The notes beneath the pieces were generated by a model. It was given only the letters and a program-made list of their open reading frames with translations. It searched no databases and was not told the origin of the DNA. 64,000 nucleotides of DNA from a virus, in IMG/VR virus record IMGVR_UViG_3300028591_004246, positions 1-64,000 of that record; one strand, 5' to 3'. The translations under genes and the position numbers were made by a program. Of this stretch, positions 1-9,958 are shown in pieces. Position 1 is the first letter of the stretch; the number at the start of each line of letters is the position of its first letter.

Positions 1-65
1 GAAAACAGATAAATCTCTTATTATTGAATTAGATGAATATAATGAAATTAAAATTAAACAATATC

Positions 66-95
66 AAGTTTGGTAATAAAAAAGAGCTTAACAGC
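66..95 (+). terminator. rho-independent terminator
   Basis: agagcttaacagctct followed by a T9 run. Confidence 0.55.
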
Positions 96-430
96 TCTTT
101 TTTTTTATATCTTAAAATAGAACATTTGTTCTATCGCGAGATCTTAAAACTAATACAATGATTGATATCAGTGGCGGCGAAAATTTTAGCACATCGCGCA
201 ACAGAAGTCAAATGAAGATTTTGTGAAAACACAAAGTGAACACAATTGTCCCAATAGTCCAGAAAGTAAGATAGTTTATACGGGTCAAATAAAGATTTTA
301 ATTATCAAAGCAAAAAATGATCGATCTACCTGCGGTTTCACAAAGTCTACACAATTAAAGAAAGTCGTTGACTTTCACATTAAAGAGCGTATACTAATAG
401 TTGTCCAAAGGAAAACAACGAAAGGAAATG

Positions 431-1138
431 GACATGCGTAAGGTTTTCGCTATTCTTGACATTGAGACTGTTACTGATGCTCGTTTGGCTTTTGATATTG
501 CTTGGATTATTTGCGATTCTAAGGGCAATATCCTTGAGCGTTATAATGCTCTCGTGAGTGAAGTTGTTAATAGTCCTTTTGGTATGGCTTTCTTGCGTCG
601 TGATTCTTTCATTAAAAATAAGGCTCAAATGTACATTGATGCTATTAATTTTCATGGTATTGATATCAAGTCATTTAAAGATATCATGCAAGATTTTAAT
701 AATATTTCCGCTCGTTATAATGCTAAAACTGTTATGTGTGCTTACAATGCTAAATTTGATTACAGTGTACTTAATGATAACGCTAGTTATATTTATGGTT
801 ATGGTGAGCAATTCTTTAATGATAATGTTGAAATTGTTGATATCATGACTATGGCATTGGCTACTATTTGTGATACTAATAAATATATTCTTTGGTGCAT
901 TCAGAATGGCATGATTACAGAAAAGGGTAATGTAAAGACTAATGCACAAACTGTTTATGCTTACATGCTTAATGATATTAATTTTGTAGAAGCACATCAC
1001 GCATTAGAAGATTGCGAAATTGAAAAGGATATATATTTTAAGGCTCGTAAGCGTAAGCAAAAGCAACATAAGCAATTTGCAATGCCTATGTTTCATTGCA
1101 AAGAATGGAAAAAAGTACAATCTCGCAATATAAAATAG
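431..1138 (+). CDS. DEDDh 3'-5' exonuclease (DnaQ-like)
   Basis: ORF with Exo I (FAILDIETVT), Exo II (YNAKFDYSVL) and Exo III (HHALEDCEIEKD) motifs. ATG at 431 (MDMRKVF...). No in-frame TGA. Confidence 0.55.
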   Translation, partial: DMRKVFAILDIETVTDARLAFDIAWIICDSKGNILERYNALVSEVVNSPFGMAFLRRDSFIKNKAQMYIDAINFHGIDIKSFKDIMQDFNNISARYNAKTVMCAYNAKFDYSVLNDNASYIYGYGEQFFNDNVEIVDIMTMALATICDTNKYILWCIQNGMITEKGNVKTNAQTVYAYMLNDINFVEAHHALEDCEIEKDIYFKARKRKQKQHKQFAMPMFHCKEWKKVQSRNIK

Positions 1139-1144
1139 TAATAA

Positions 1145-1172
1145 AAAAGGGTAGGATATAAAAGTCCTACCC
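1145..1172 (+). terminator. rho-independent terminator
   Basis: gggtaggat ataaaa gtcctaccc. Confidence 0.45.
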
Positions 1173-1559
1173 TAAATAATATTAACCAAGAGAAGAAAGT
1201 ATAATGTGCGGGAATTGTGTTGACTTTGTGAATTAACCGATTTTGACTTGACAATAATTTGTTCACATGAGATAATTATAATGGAGAGAGATCGACCTGG
1301 ACGAAAAATTATAACACAATCGCAAGGAAAAGTCAAGAGAAAATTTCAATCTACACAAAATCTCCATATTTGCCCAGATCTGCCGCACATCAAACATCTA
1401 ACTAAAAAGCCCAGGACGATCGCATCAATATTTGAATAATTTCATATCAAAGTTTAAACATATCAAAACATCGACGAGGGCGAAAATTATACCATGCCCG
1501 CATGAGATTTGTCAAGAAAAATTTTTCTTCACATTTCCCGCACAAATCAATCCTGAAAC

Positions 1560-1636
1560 TAGTTCAAGATAAAAAGCTTAATAGTTCAAGATAAAAAAGT
1601 TAATTAGTTCAATTTCAGACCAAAAAGTTCAATTCG
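1560..1636 (+). promoter_or_regulatory. array of four AGTTCAA repeats at ~22 bp spacing
   Basis: ctAGTTCAAgataaaaagcttaatAGTTCAAgataaaaaagttaattAGTTCAAtttcagaccaaaaAGTTCAAttcg, upstream of paralog gene 1776. Confidence 0.4.
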
Positions 1637-1775
1637 ATCAATTGTGGAGGAATTGTGTGGAAGGGAATTTCTCGTGCCTGTTGGGTCGAATCCATGATAA
1701 TATATAGTTGTCCGAAGGGGAAAGAGAAAATTTCGAAAGGCGGAATGGTTCCCCTAGACAGAAAGAGGTGCCCTA

Positions 1776-2164
1776 TGGCTACCAAGTTCAACGTCACTCG
1801 CAAGCAGGCTCTTGAGTCCATCATTGAGTTTGCGAAGGCTAACGAGTACGATAACGCGGATGTGATGGATGTGCTCAACAACATGCTTTCTAAGCTTCAG
1901 ACTACCTCTAAGCGTTCGGGTGAGACGGCAGCTCACAAGGCTAACGCAAATATGCTTCAGAAGTATTTGAACCTCTTTGCAGATGGTGTGGTTCTCACGT
2001 CTCGTGAGTTTGCCAATAACGCGAATGGTTTCCCTGTTGATAACATGGGGCGTCCCTCTGTTCACAAGGCCACGGCCATTTTGGTGCAGGGTGTGAATGA
2101 TGGAATTCTTGTGAAGGTTTCGCCTGAAAAGAAGTCCAAGCCCATGGGGTACAAGTTGGCCTAG
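1776..2164 (+). CDS. small GC-rich protein, paralog family member 1 (function unknown)
   Basis: MATKFNVTRK...GRPSVHKATAILVQGVNDGILVKV. About 60% identical to the product of 8774..9172 and related to that of 2902..3300(-). GC clearly above the surrounding sequence. A conserved hairpin leader (ttgtccgaagggga...) lies upstream. Confidence 0.55.
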
Positions 2165-2689
2165 TCAATGGAGTTTGGGGAATCTCCACAAAATCCCCAC
2201 ATATTAAATTTTGAATGGTCTGGCATCAAAAGTCAGACCATTTTCTTTCAAATTTTATTAGAACACGTGTTCGGGCGGAAGATCCTAGCTAGTATCAAGA
2301 TTTTAGTTAAATGATTGATCGGTGCGGGCGAAAATTTTATCATATGCGCGACCAGTTGTCAAGAAGAAATTTTCAATTCACAGAGTCTACATAAGTTATC
2401 CTAATTGTGCAGGTTTTGTGAAGTATCAAGATTACAACTAGATTGGGCTCTGTTGGATGTATAATAAAGTCACAGACGAGGCACAGGGGATGATAGTCCT
2501 ACGCAAGCGTGAACCGGGTGGTCTGGTTAATGGGCATTGTGCCGGCAGGTCAAGACAGAAAATAGCTACAGTCAGGTCTAAAGTCTGCGTGAGCGAAATT
2601 TTTGGCAGCTGCATAGGCAAATTTTCTATCGATTGGCAAGGTTATAGGCGACTCAACTATAGGCCCGAAACATAAGTAAAAATAATAAA

Positions 2690-2820
2690 ATTTACTTGAC
2701 AACTGATAGATTTTTATGATATAATAAAAATAATATGTCAATTTTAGTTAAAAATCAAGAATTTTTAACAGAAAATGAAATTTATACTTGACAACTGACC
2801 AATTTTCATGATAAAATGAA
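2690..2820 (+). promoter_or_regulatory. tandem near-identical promoters
   Basis: tttacTTGACAactgatagatttttatgaTATAAT and tatacTTGACAactgaccaattttcatgaTAAAAT. Confidence 0.4.
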
Positions 2821-2901
2821 AGTTTATACCTAATTTTATACGCATTTATAACAAAAAAGAGCCCTTTCGGACTCTTTCTGGTATTTTTATTAATATTTTT
2901 A

Positions 2902-3300
2902 CTAAACTGCTTGATAACGGAAGGGATCGTTCTTCTTCTCCTTCTCAAGACGCTGAATCAGGCCAAGTTCAACACCAAGCTTGAGAACTGCGGTTGCCTT
3001 AGGGACAGAAGGAATCTCATCAAAGAGCTCCTTAATCTCACCAGCAGTCTTGGGCTCAACCAGCGCAGGAAGAATAAGCTCTACAAGCTTCTCATTCTCC
3101 TCACGCTTCTTGGAATTACCAGTGGTACGAGAGCGATTAAGCTTCTGATACATGTTACCAAGGACATTGAGGAGGTCCTCAACAGTAGCGTCTTGATTCT
3201 CTGCTTGAACAGCTTCGACAAACTCATCCTGATACATCTCGACATAGTTACGAACGATAGCAATTGCAGCCTTCTGAGTGATAGCGTTCTTAGTAGTCAT
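2902..3300 (-). CDS. small protein, paralog family member 3 (function unknown)
   Basis: Shares ...PSVPKATAVLKLGVELGLI... and the central NMYQKL / TTGNSKK block with the 1776 and 8774 proteins. Minus strand. Confidence 0.45.
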   Translation of the reverse strand: MTTKNAITQKAAIAIVRNYVEMYQDEFVEAVQAENQDATVEDLLNVLGNMYQKLNRSRTTGNSKKREENEKLVELILPALVEPKTAGEIKELFDEIPSVPKATAVLKLGVELGLIQRLEKEKKNDPFRYQAV

Positions 3301-3878
3301 ACTAACCTTCTTTCTTTGATTGGGAGTCAGACTCCTTTTGTCTGATTACTCTCTCCCTTTCGTTATATATATAATATCATGATTTAGACCCGGTTGTATA
3401 CGAAAAACTTTGAAAGCTGGTTAAAAAAAAATGTTTCAGATTGTACAGAGAATTGCTATGCAGGTGTTAAAATGGGGATGCACTCCCCATTCAAAGCACA
3501 CCATCAAATTTTTGTCCCAACCTCAACATACTATCAAATTTTAAATTTTTAAATATTTTTCATTATTAAATTTTTAATATTTTATATTACTAATATTCTT
3601 ATATTATTATTAATTTTCCTCTTATTAATTTTTAACTTATCTCACTATCGTCTTTTAAAAGCTTCTTCTATATAGACTTCTATATGGTTTTTCTCTAACA
3701 TATTTTCTAATCTATTATACTTATCTGATACTTCTTCAAGAGCTTCTCTTAATTTATCTATTGCATCTCCCAGCTCTATAATTTGTTTAACTTCAAGCTT
3801 CTTCATAATCTATAGACTCATCTCCCACACATATACTAATAATACATAATATAGAAATCAATACTACAAACCACATAA

Positions 3879-4088
3879 TTACACCTCTGGGATACTCTTT
3901 AAAATTTCTTTATAAAATTCTATCATACAAATTTTAACAATTGTTTTTGTAATATTCTTTTGCTCTTCTTCTGTTAACCTATATAATAGAATATCATTAA
4001 TATTTCTTTCATAAATATGATAATGATTCTTTATTATCATTTTACCTTGTTTAATATAACATCTACAATTCTTTTTAAAATTTTCCAT
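3879..4088 (-). CDS. hypothetical protein
   Basis: ORF in the minus-strand block. Confidence 0.3.
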   Translation of the reverse strand: MENFKKNCRCYIKQGKMIIKNHYHIYERNINDILLYRLTEEEQKNITKTIVKICMIEFYKEILKSIPEV

Positions 4089-4117
4089 TTTTAAAATTCA
4101 TTTTTCAAAATCGAAAT

Positions 4118-4438
4118 TTAAAAATCATTTTCTATAACCATTAATGGATTTTTCAAATTCAAATTTGCTAATTCTTTAATAAATTGAATATTTAATTTGC
4201 CCTCTATCATATAATGAATTAATTTCTTTTCCAAAAATTTCCACTTTTTATCTAAAGAACGAATAATATCCCAATATACCTCTTCATCAAAATCATCTTC
4301 ATACATATAATATAAAAACTTAATATATTCATTTATATAATTACCAAGCTGGCTTCTTTTCATCACAAATAATTTAGGATATATAGGTAAAGGATTATAT
4401 CTTTCCCCATACATTTTATAAAATTCAACCTCAGTCAT
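4118..4438 (-). CDS. hypothetical protein
   Basis: ORF in the minus-strand block. Confidence 0.4.
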   Translation of the reverse strand: MTEVEFYKMYGERYNPLPIYPKLFVMKRSQLGNYINEYIKFLYYMYEDDFDEEVYWDIIRSLDKKWKFLEKKLIHYMIEGKLNIQFIKELANLNLKNPLMVIENDF

Positions 4439-4499
4439 ATTTCTCCTTTCAAGAAAGTTGACTATATTCTTTTGTATTCTTTTATATATTATTTTATAT

Positions 4500-4620
4500 T
4501 CTATATAGTCTTTCTCTGTCCAAATTTACTAAACCCTTTGACCAATTTGGACATACCCTTTGACTTTTTTGGACATACCCTTGGTCCAAATTTGTCAAAC
4601 CCTTTGACTTTTTTGGACAT
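4500..4620. repeat. iteron-like direct and inverted repeats (candidate origin/operator)
   Basis: ccctttgac(c/t)(a/t)ttttggacataccc occurs three times, and tttgaccaatttggac is matched by its reverse complement gtccaaatttgtcaaa. The block lies just 3' of the replication-initiator-like gene. Confidence 0.45.
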
Positions 4621-4622
4621 AC

Positions 4623-5006
4623 CTATTTTATAGGCATTTTCCGCACTTTCTCCATTTCCAAATTCATTTTTGGAATTTCATAAAAGTCTCAATATCCTTC
4701 TTCATTCTTAACCAAATAACCCCTCTCCTTCAACACTCTCTTAGCCTTTCTGAATGTACTTACACTAATACCAAATTCATTATAGGCTGCAACAGGAGAA
4801 ACCCAAAACTCATAGCCTTCCATATTCTTTGCAAAATATAATCAAACTTCAAATTGAGCAGGAGTTAAATCTCTTAAAGCATATTTAATAGACCTTAAAT
4901 TAATAGCTGCATAATAATTATCTACTAATCTACCATCGCAATCTTCTTTATTAATCACAACATATTCCTGATTTGGATTTGAATCAAATTTTACATTAGT
5001 TAACAT
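4623..5006 (-). CDS. replication-initiator/organizer-like wHTH protein (TGA-recoded)
   Basis: My own translation of the minus strand gives MLTNVKFDSNPNQEYVVINKEDCDGRLVDNYYAAINLRSIKYALRDLTPAQFEVWLYFAKNMEGYEFWVSPVAAYNEFGISVSTFRKAKRVLKERGYLVKNEEGYWDFYEIPK... with two in-frame TGA read as W. This resembles the Phage_rep_org_N family. The ATG abuts the stop of the upstream gene. Iteron-like repeats lie just downstream at 4500-4620. Confidence 0.4.
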
Positions 5007-5425
5007 TCCCAATACCGTTCTAGCAACATTTTAACACCATCTTGCTTATTTTTGTCAATGATTGCCCGCACATTTAAATCTTCATATCTATTTTCTTTAT
5101 CTTCACTTACTATCTCTTGGTTTAACTTATAAATCGTATTATAATCAACATGAATTAAATTATCTTCATCTTTTACAAACCAGCCATATTCAATTAATTT
5201 TTCAATATACTTTTCATACTCTTTAATATCTAAACCTAAATAATTTGCAATATCTTTACCATCTAAATAAATCTCTTCTTGACCACTCTCATATAAATAA
5301 CTTTCTAATATCATATAAAATAAAACTATAGAATACATATTAATATCACTAAATGTTCTTAACATAATATAAACAACCAATAGTTGTCCATCTTGTAAAT
5401 CTTGTTTACTTAAATCAATTTCCAC
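5000..5425 (-). CDS. hypothetical protein
   Basis: ORF in the minus-strand operon. Confidence 0.45.
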   Translation of the reverse strand: MEIDLSKQDLQDGQLLVVYIMLRTFSDINMYSIVLFYMILESYLYESGQEEIYLDGKDIANYLGLDIKEYEKYIEKLIEYGWFVKDEDNLIHVDYNTIYKLNQEIVSEDKENRYEDLNVRAIIDKNKQDGVKMLLERYWEC

Positions 5426-5820
5426 TATAGTTCTCCTTTATCTACTGCATCCAAAAGCTCTAGAAATTCATAATCAACTTCTAATTCTCCTTCATCATTC
5501 CTAGTTAACCATCCTTCTTCCTGTAACATACCCACTATATCATCATACATCTCAGCAGGACTTTTACCATTTCTTCCACTAATTCCTTGACCTATATATA
5601 AAGTCTTAATTTCATCTTCCTTCATTCCAAAAATAAAAGAAAACAAAATTCTATAGGCATCATAACCAGAACTATAATCATTCATCAATCTAATTACACT
5701 TCTAGCAACATTAGCATTCTTTTCTTTCTCTCTAGCTTTCATAAGCAATTGTTCATATCTATCTTGCTCCGCAAAAGCTTTCTCTAAACTTTGCATAACT
5801 TCTTTAAATTCATCAGTCAT
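5425..5820 (-). CDS. hypothetical protein
   Basis: ORF. Confidence 0.45.
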   Translation of the reverse strand: MTDEFKEVMQSLEKAFAEQDRYEQLLMKAREKEKNANVARSVIRLMNDYSSGYDAYRILFSFIFGMKEDEIKTLYIGQGISGRNGKSPAEMYDDIVGMLQEEGWLTRNDEGELEVDYEFLELLDAVDKGEL

Positions 5821-6131
5821 AAATATATCCTCCGCGGGACGATGCTATATTTCACTTTTAGCAACTTGAATATTTCATTCTTATACTTCTTCAGTTCTAA
5901 TTTGATATTTATCAAGAACTGTTTTATCCTTAACAATTATTCACTCATTTTCATCTAAACTCTTATATAATTTAACACTAGTAACTCTAGCTTCTAATTG
6001 ATATATATCTAAAATATCATTAACTGCTTGCTCTTTCCGCACATATTTACCTAGAAAATCTTTATTATTATATAAAGAATACATTTTCATAATAATCTCC
6101 TAAAAGAAAGGGGAGTATAAAAACTCCCCTT

Positions 6132-6737
6132 CTACCGCACATTTACTCTATTTACTATATTTTGTTTGCAACCCTTCCATTCACTGTGGTCTTTAATGGT
6201 TGCTCTAATCCTTATCTTGCTACCTTCTTCAATCTCCTGTTCACTATTGGTAAACCAAACAAAGATATTACCATCTTCATCTGCAAACTCAAATCTATGT
6301 CCAGTACCGTAATAGCCTTCAAACTCACTAATCCGCAGCACTTCAACATCAAACTCAAGTCTTTGCTTGATTTCACCAACCCACTGGCTATTCTTATACA
6401 TCTCTTGAATAGCCTTCTTTTTAGCTTCTTCTTCTGCTACCTTCTTATCCCAATCTTCTTTACTCATAAAAGCATTAATTTCAATAACACCATGAGAGAA
6501 ATTGAAATGTTTAGTTTCAAGAAGCTTTACTTCAAAACGACCAATTTTACCAACATATTCCTGCTGCCAAAATTGAATATATCCTCCACGAGTACCTTCC
6601 CAGCCGCCTATATCTTGACAACTTCCCTCTTCAAGATATTTAGAAAGAATACCAAACTGCTTATTGGAAAGTCCCCTCTCTCCGCAATAACCATTTTCAT
6701 CTACAAGAAACTCAACGATTTTCTCTGCAAAAGTCAT
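6132..6737 (-). CDS. hypothetical protein
   Basis: 201 aa ORF with a terminator-like hairpin downstream at 6105-6130. Confidence 0.45.
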   Translation of the reverse strand: MTFAEKIVEFLVDENGYCGERGLSNKQFGILSKYLEEGSCQDIGGWEGTRGGYIQFWQQEYVGKIGRFEVKLLETKHFNFSHGVIEINAFMSKEDWDKKVAEEEAKKKAIQEMYKNSQWVGEIKQRLEFDVEVLRISEFEGYYGTGHRFEFADEDGNIFVWFTNSEQEIEEGSKIRIRATIKDHSEWKGCKQNIVNRVNVR

Positions 6738-6891
6738 TTGATATCCTTTCTCTCTTTCCTTAATTATATTATACTATAAATAAAGAACAATTGCCTAGAT
6801 ATCAATTTTATCAAGATATTCAAAATAACAATTCACAAAAACATTAAACATTACAAAACCCAAAGCACACAATCCAATAAGACCAAGCATA

Positions 6892-7074
6892 TTAAACTCC
6901 CATCTTTTGCTTAATATATTGAATATTATTCAACTGTTTCTTATCAATCTTTCCAATAACAGTATCTATATCATCTTTTCTCTTAATAAGAATAACCTTA
7001 TTCTTATCTTCCAAACTCTTTTCAACTACAACATCAAAACAATCATCTTCACTATAAACAGTAAAAAGAATCAT
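6892..7074 (-). CDS. hypothetical small protein
   Basis: ORF. Confidence 0.3.
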   Translation of the reverse strand: MILFTVYSEDDCFDVVVEKSLEDKNKVILIKRKDDIDTVIGKIDKKQLNNIQYIKQKMGV

Positions 7075-7076
7075 CT

Positions 7077-7400
7077 TTAATACTCCTGTTCAATAAGCTC
7101 CGCGATTTCACTTAAATTCTTTTGATGTTCAACAACCTTATAGGCAATTTTTACAATTTCACTTTTATAACTCTTATAAAAGCTTACAAAGATTTGACCG
7201 TCAATATTTCCAAAACCCCGCACATAATAATCTTCATTAGCTTTAAAACCAATATTCTCCATCTCTTGGTTGAAAAACATCTTGTAATAATTTCCAGCAT
7301 TATAAGTAACTTGCGATTCAAGCTCCATTTCACTAATTTCAAAATGGGTTTTACCCTCATACTGCTTTAAAAGAATATTAGCCATAATTAAACCTGCCAA
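7077..7400 (-). CDS. hypothetical protein
   Basis: ORF. Confidence 0.4.
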   Translation of the reverse strand: MAGLIMANILLKQYEGKTHFEISEMELESQVTYNAGNYYKMFFNQEMENIGFKANEDYYVRGFGNIDGQIFVSFYKSYKSEIVKIAYKVVEHQKNLSEIAELIEQEY

Positions 7401-7735
7401 TCTCCAACAATAGTGCGGATTATCGTTTCATCTCCGTATTCGTCTTTATAACTAACCATCGGCAACTTTTCAAGAATTCGTCGCCATGTCCCGCAAGATA
7501 CTCCTTTCTTATATTGTCTTGCAATAGCATCAAGAGCTTTAATATAAGCATTTATCTCACAAAAAACTTCAATATCTTTAATATCACCAAGATAAAGAGT
7601 ATAAAGATATTGAGCATTAGCAAAAATTTCTCTTGCAGCAAAAGAATGTTTAAGAACTTTAATAGCAGTTTTTTCAAACTGGTCCTCAGCTTCAAAATAC
7701 TTCTTACCAAAGAAAAACTTCATGTTCTTATCCAT
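7388..7735 (-). CDS. hypothetical protein
   Basis: ORF, first gene of the minus-strand block. Confidence 0.4.
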   Translation of the reverse strand: MDKNMKFFFGKKYFEAEDQFEKTAIKVLKHSFAAREIFANAQYLYTLYLGDIKDIEVFCEINAYIKALDAIARQYKKGVSCGTWRRILEKLPMVSYKDEYGDETIIRTIVGDWQV

Positions 7736-7893
7736 TACTTTTTCCTTTCTCTTACTTTCTTATTATAAGTATATCAGAAACATCATCCAATTGTCTAAAA
7801 AATTTTTCCTCAATTCTAATTTTTGTTTTTGACAATCTTCTAAAATATATTTTATAATATTATCCAATAGGTAAAAGAAAGGAGTGATTCCTT

Positions 7894-8643
7894 ATGATAT
7901 ATATAACTGGAGATTGTCACGGAGAAGTTCTTCAAAGATTTAGTTATAATAAACATCCATTTCTTAAAAACTTGACCGCAAATGATACTATCTTTGTTTT
8001 AGGAGATATTGGTCTATATTGGCCTAATTATGAGAAAGAAACTGAATATCAATTAACTAATATTAATAAACCTTGGAAAACAATATTTATAGCGGGTAAT
8101 CATGATAATTATGATTTTATAGAAACTCTACCAATAGTTCAACCAAACTTTTTAATTTCTGGAACTATTAGACAAGATAAACAATTTTATTGGATAGACA
8201 AATCTTGTATTTTACAAATAGATAATAAAATAATTCTTTGCATAGCTGGAGCGAAATCTCACGATTCTAAATATATATTTGAAAAAGAAGAAAAATCCTT
8301 TATAAAAATAGCAAAAAGAAGAAATTTACCATATAGAATTAACCATATAACATGGTGGAACCAAGAGGAAATAAATATAGAGGATGTGCGGGCAACCCTT
8401 GAAAATTATGGTTCAAACAAAGTTAACTATATAATGTCACACGATGCTCCCGCACACTTCAATAATATAGCTAAAAAAATAGATATATATAATGATTATG
8501 AAGATAATGAAGGAGAGCTTTTTCTTGAAGAGTTAGATCAAACATTAGATTTCGATTATTGGTATCACGGACATTATCATTTCGAAGATTATACTTACGA
8601 AAATCATATGTGTGTTTATCATTCTATTTTACCAGTTGAATAA
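7894..8643 (+). CDS. calcineurin-like metallophosphoesterase
   Basis: GDCHG, GDIG and GNHDN motifs. RBS aaaggagtg upstream. Confidence 0.6.
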   Translation: MIYITGDCHGEVLQRFSYNKHPFLKNLTANDTIFVLGDIGLYWPNYEKETEYQLTNINKPWKTIFIAGNHDNYDFIETLPIVQPNFLISGTIRQDKQFYWIDKSCILQIDNKIILCIAGAKSHDSKYIFEKEEKSFIKIAKRRNLPYRINHITWWNQEEINIEDVRATLENYGSNKVNYIMSHDAPAHFNNIAKKIDIYNDYEDNEGELFLEELDQTLDFDYWYHGHYHFEDYTYENHMCVYHSILPVE

Positions 8644-8773
8644 AAATAATTTATCAACTGAATAAAATTTCTTGTTCCCAACTGTTCAATTTTCATTATA
8701 TAATATAATTGTCCAAAGGGGAGAGGACAAAACACAAAAGGTGTTTGACCCGTAGGACACGAAAGGAGCCATT

Positions 8774-9172
8774 ATGGCTAAGAAGTTTAATGTTACCCGC
8801 AAGGACGCTCTCAATCAGATTATCGTTTTCGCTCGTGAGAATGGTTATGACAACGCAGATGTTCTTGAGGTTGTTGATAACATGCTCTCTAAGCTCCAGA
8901 CTACTACTAAGAATACTGGTGAGACCGTAGCTCATCGTCAGAATGCTAAGCTCTTGGAGAAGAATCTTCATCTTTTCGAGGGTGAAGACGTAGCTCTTAC
9001 TGCTCGCGAGTTTGCTACTACTGCAAAGGATTTTCCGGTTGACAATACTGGACGTCCTTCTGTGCATAAGGCTACTGCAATTCTTGTGCAAGGAATTAAC
9101 GATGGTATTCTAACCAAGGTGGCTCCTGAGAAGAAGTCTCACCCTATGCGTTACGCTCTTAAGCAGGACTAG
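8774..9172 (+). CDS. small GC-rich protein, paralog family member 2
   Basis: MAKKFNVTRKDALNQIIVFARENGYDNADV...GRPSVHKATAILVQGINDGILTKV. Hairpin leader ttgtccaaaggggagaggacaa upstream. Confidence 0.55.
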   Translation: MAKKFNVTRKDALNQIIVFARENGYDNADVLEVVDNMLSKLQTTTKNTGETVAHRQNAKLLEKNLHLFEGEDVALTAREFATTAKDFPVDNTGRPSVHKATAILVQGINDGILTKVAPEKKSHPMRYALKQD

Positions 9173-9277
9173 TCTTTATTAAGAGAAAGGATTTTATGCA
9201 TCCTCCTTGATATTTTGTTTAGTCCTATTGGCTTTCAACTAAAGGAGCAATGATATGCATCCTCCTTGATGATTTTT

Positions 9278-9358
9278 GGGCGTCTCAGTTAGGAAGTTGT
9301 TTTAAGATAGTCCGGACCCTGTCTTAAAACCCAGCTGAGACGCCCTATTTTTTTTATT
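9278..9358 (+). terminator. long hairpin terminator
   Basis: gggcgtctcagtt...aactgagacgccc followed by tattttttttatttt. Confidence 0.5.
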
Positions 9359-9409
9359 TTCAACTGTAAAATTAAAATGATATAATATAATTGTCGAAAG
9401 GAGAGAAAG

Positions 9410-9700
9410 ATGTTCTATATTGATGAGAATGATTATCCTGAGAGCTATAGTGAAGAAATTCTTAAATATCAAACAAAAATTCTTGAAGTTGTAAAAACCT
9501 TCAGTGGAGAAAGGATTGATATGTTTGAGAAGTCTATTTCTATTGTTTTTGGGCAGCGTATTCGCATTGAATATGACTGGATAGGACATCGTGGAGAACT
9601 TTTCCTTGCGACTCGTGAAGATGCTTTTGCACAGAACATCTACAATGAAGATATGTACTGGGATTCTTATGAAGAGGATTATGACTATGATAGGTATTAA
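9410..9700 (+). CDS. hypothetical protein (paralog of next gene)
   Basis: Shares an ...ELFLATREDAF... block with the 9690 ORF. Confidence 0.4.
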   Translation: MFYIDENDYPESYSEEILKYQTKILEVVKTFSGERIDMFEKSISIVFGQRIRIEYDWIGHRGELFLATREDAFAQNIYNEDMYWDSYEEDYDYDRY

Positions 9701-9953
9701 TACCGAAATGTATCCAGATTCTTACGACAATAATACAAATGCTTTCTCTTATCTTTCAACCATTAAATCATTATATGAATCTGAACAAAGTCTAGAGTAT
9801 GAACCTATAATTGAAACTCTTATTTATAAAGCTGAGAAAGAAAATATTTATATTCGTTTTGGTTGGATTAATCATGAACATGAATATTTTCTTGCAACTA
9901 AAAACGATGCATATGATGAAATTGCATATTTGCTATATGATTGTGAGGGATAA
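9690..9953 (+). CDS. hypothetical protein (paralog of previous)
   Basis: Shares ...EYFLATKNDAY... with the 9410 ORF. Overlaps the upstream stop by 11 nt. Confidence 0.35.
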   Translation: MGINTEMYPDSYDNNTNAFSYLSTIKSLYESEQSLEYEPIIETLIYKAEKENIYIRFGWINHEHEYFLATKNDAYDEIAYLLYDCEG

Positions 9954-9958
9954 TAATA

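Noticed and set aside
380-1000. ORFs 380..655(-), 558..848(+) and 671..1000(-).
   Set aside because: They are embedded in and overlap the DEDDh exonuclease gene, and their products have low-complexity AT-rich composition.
1248-2675. ORFs 1248..1439 and 2457..2675 as protein genes.
   Set aside because: They have no RBS, biased basic or low-complexity products, and sit in GC-rich promoter-proximal leaders. They are more likely untranslated or small-RNA regions.
4500-4640. The repeat cluster looked like a short CRISPR array.
   Set aside because: The repeats are irregular in spacing and partly inverted, and there are no uniform spacers. They fit iterons or operators better.
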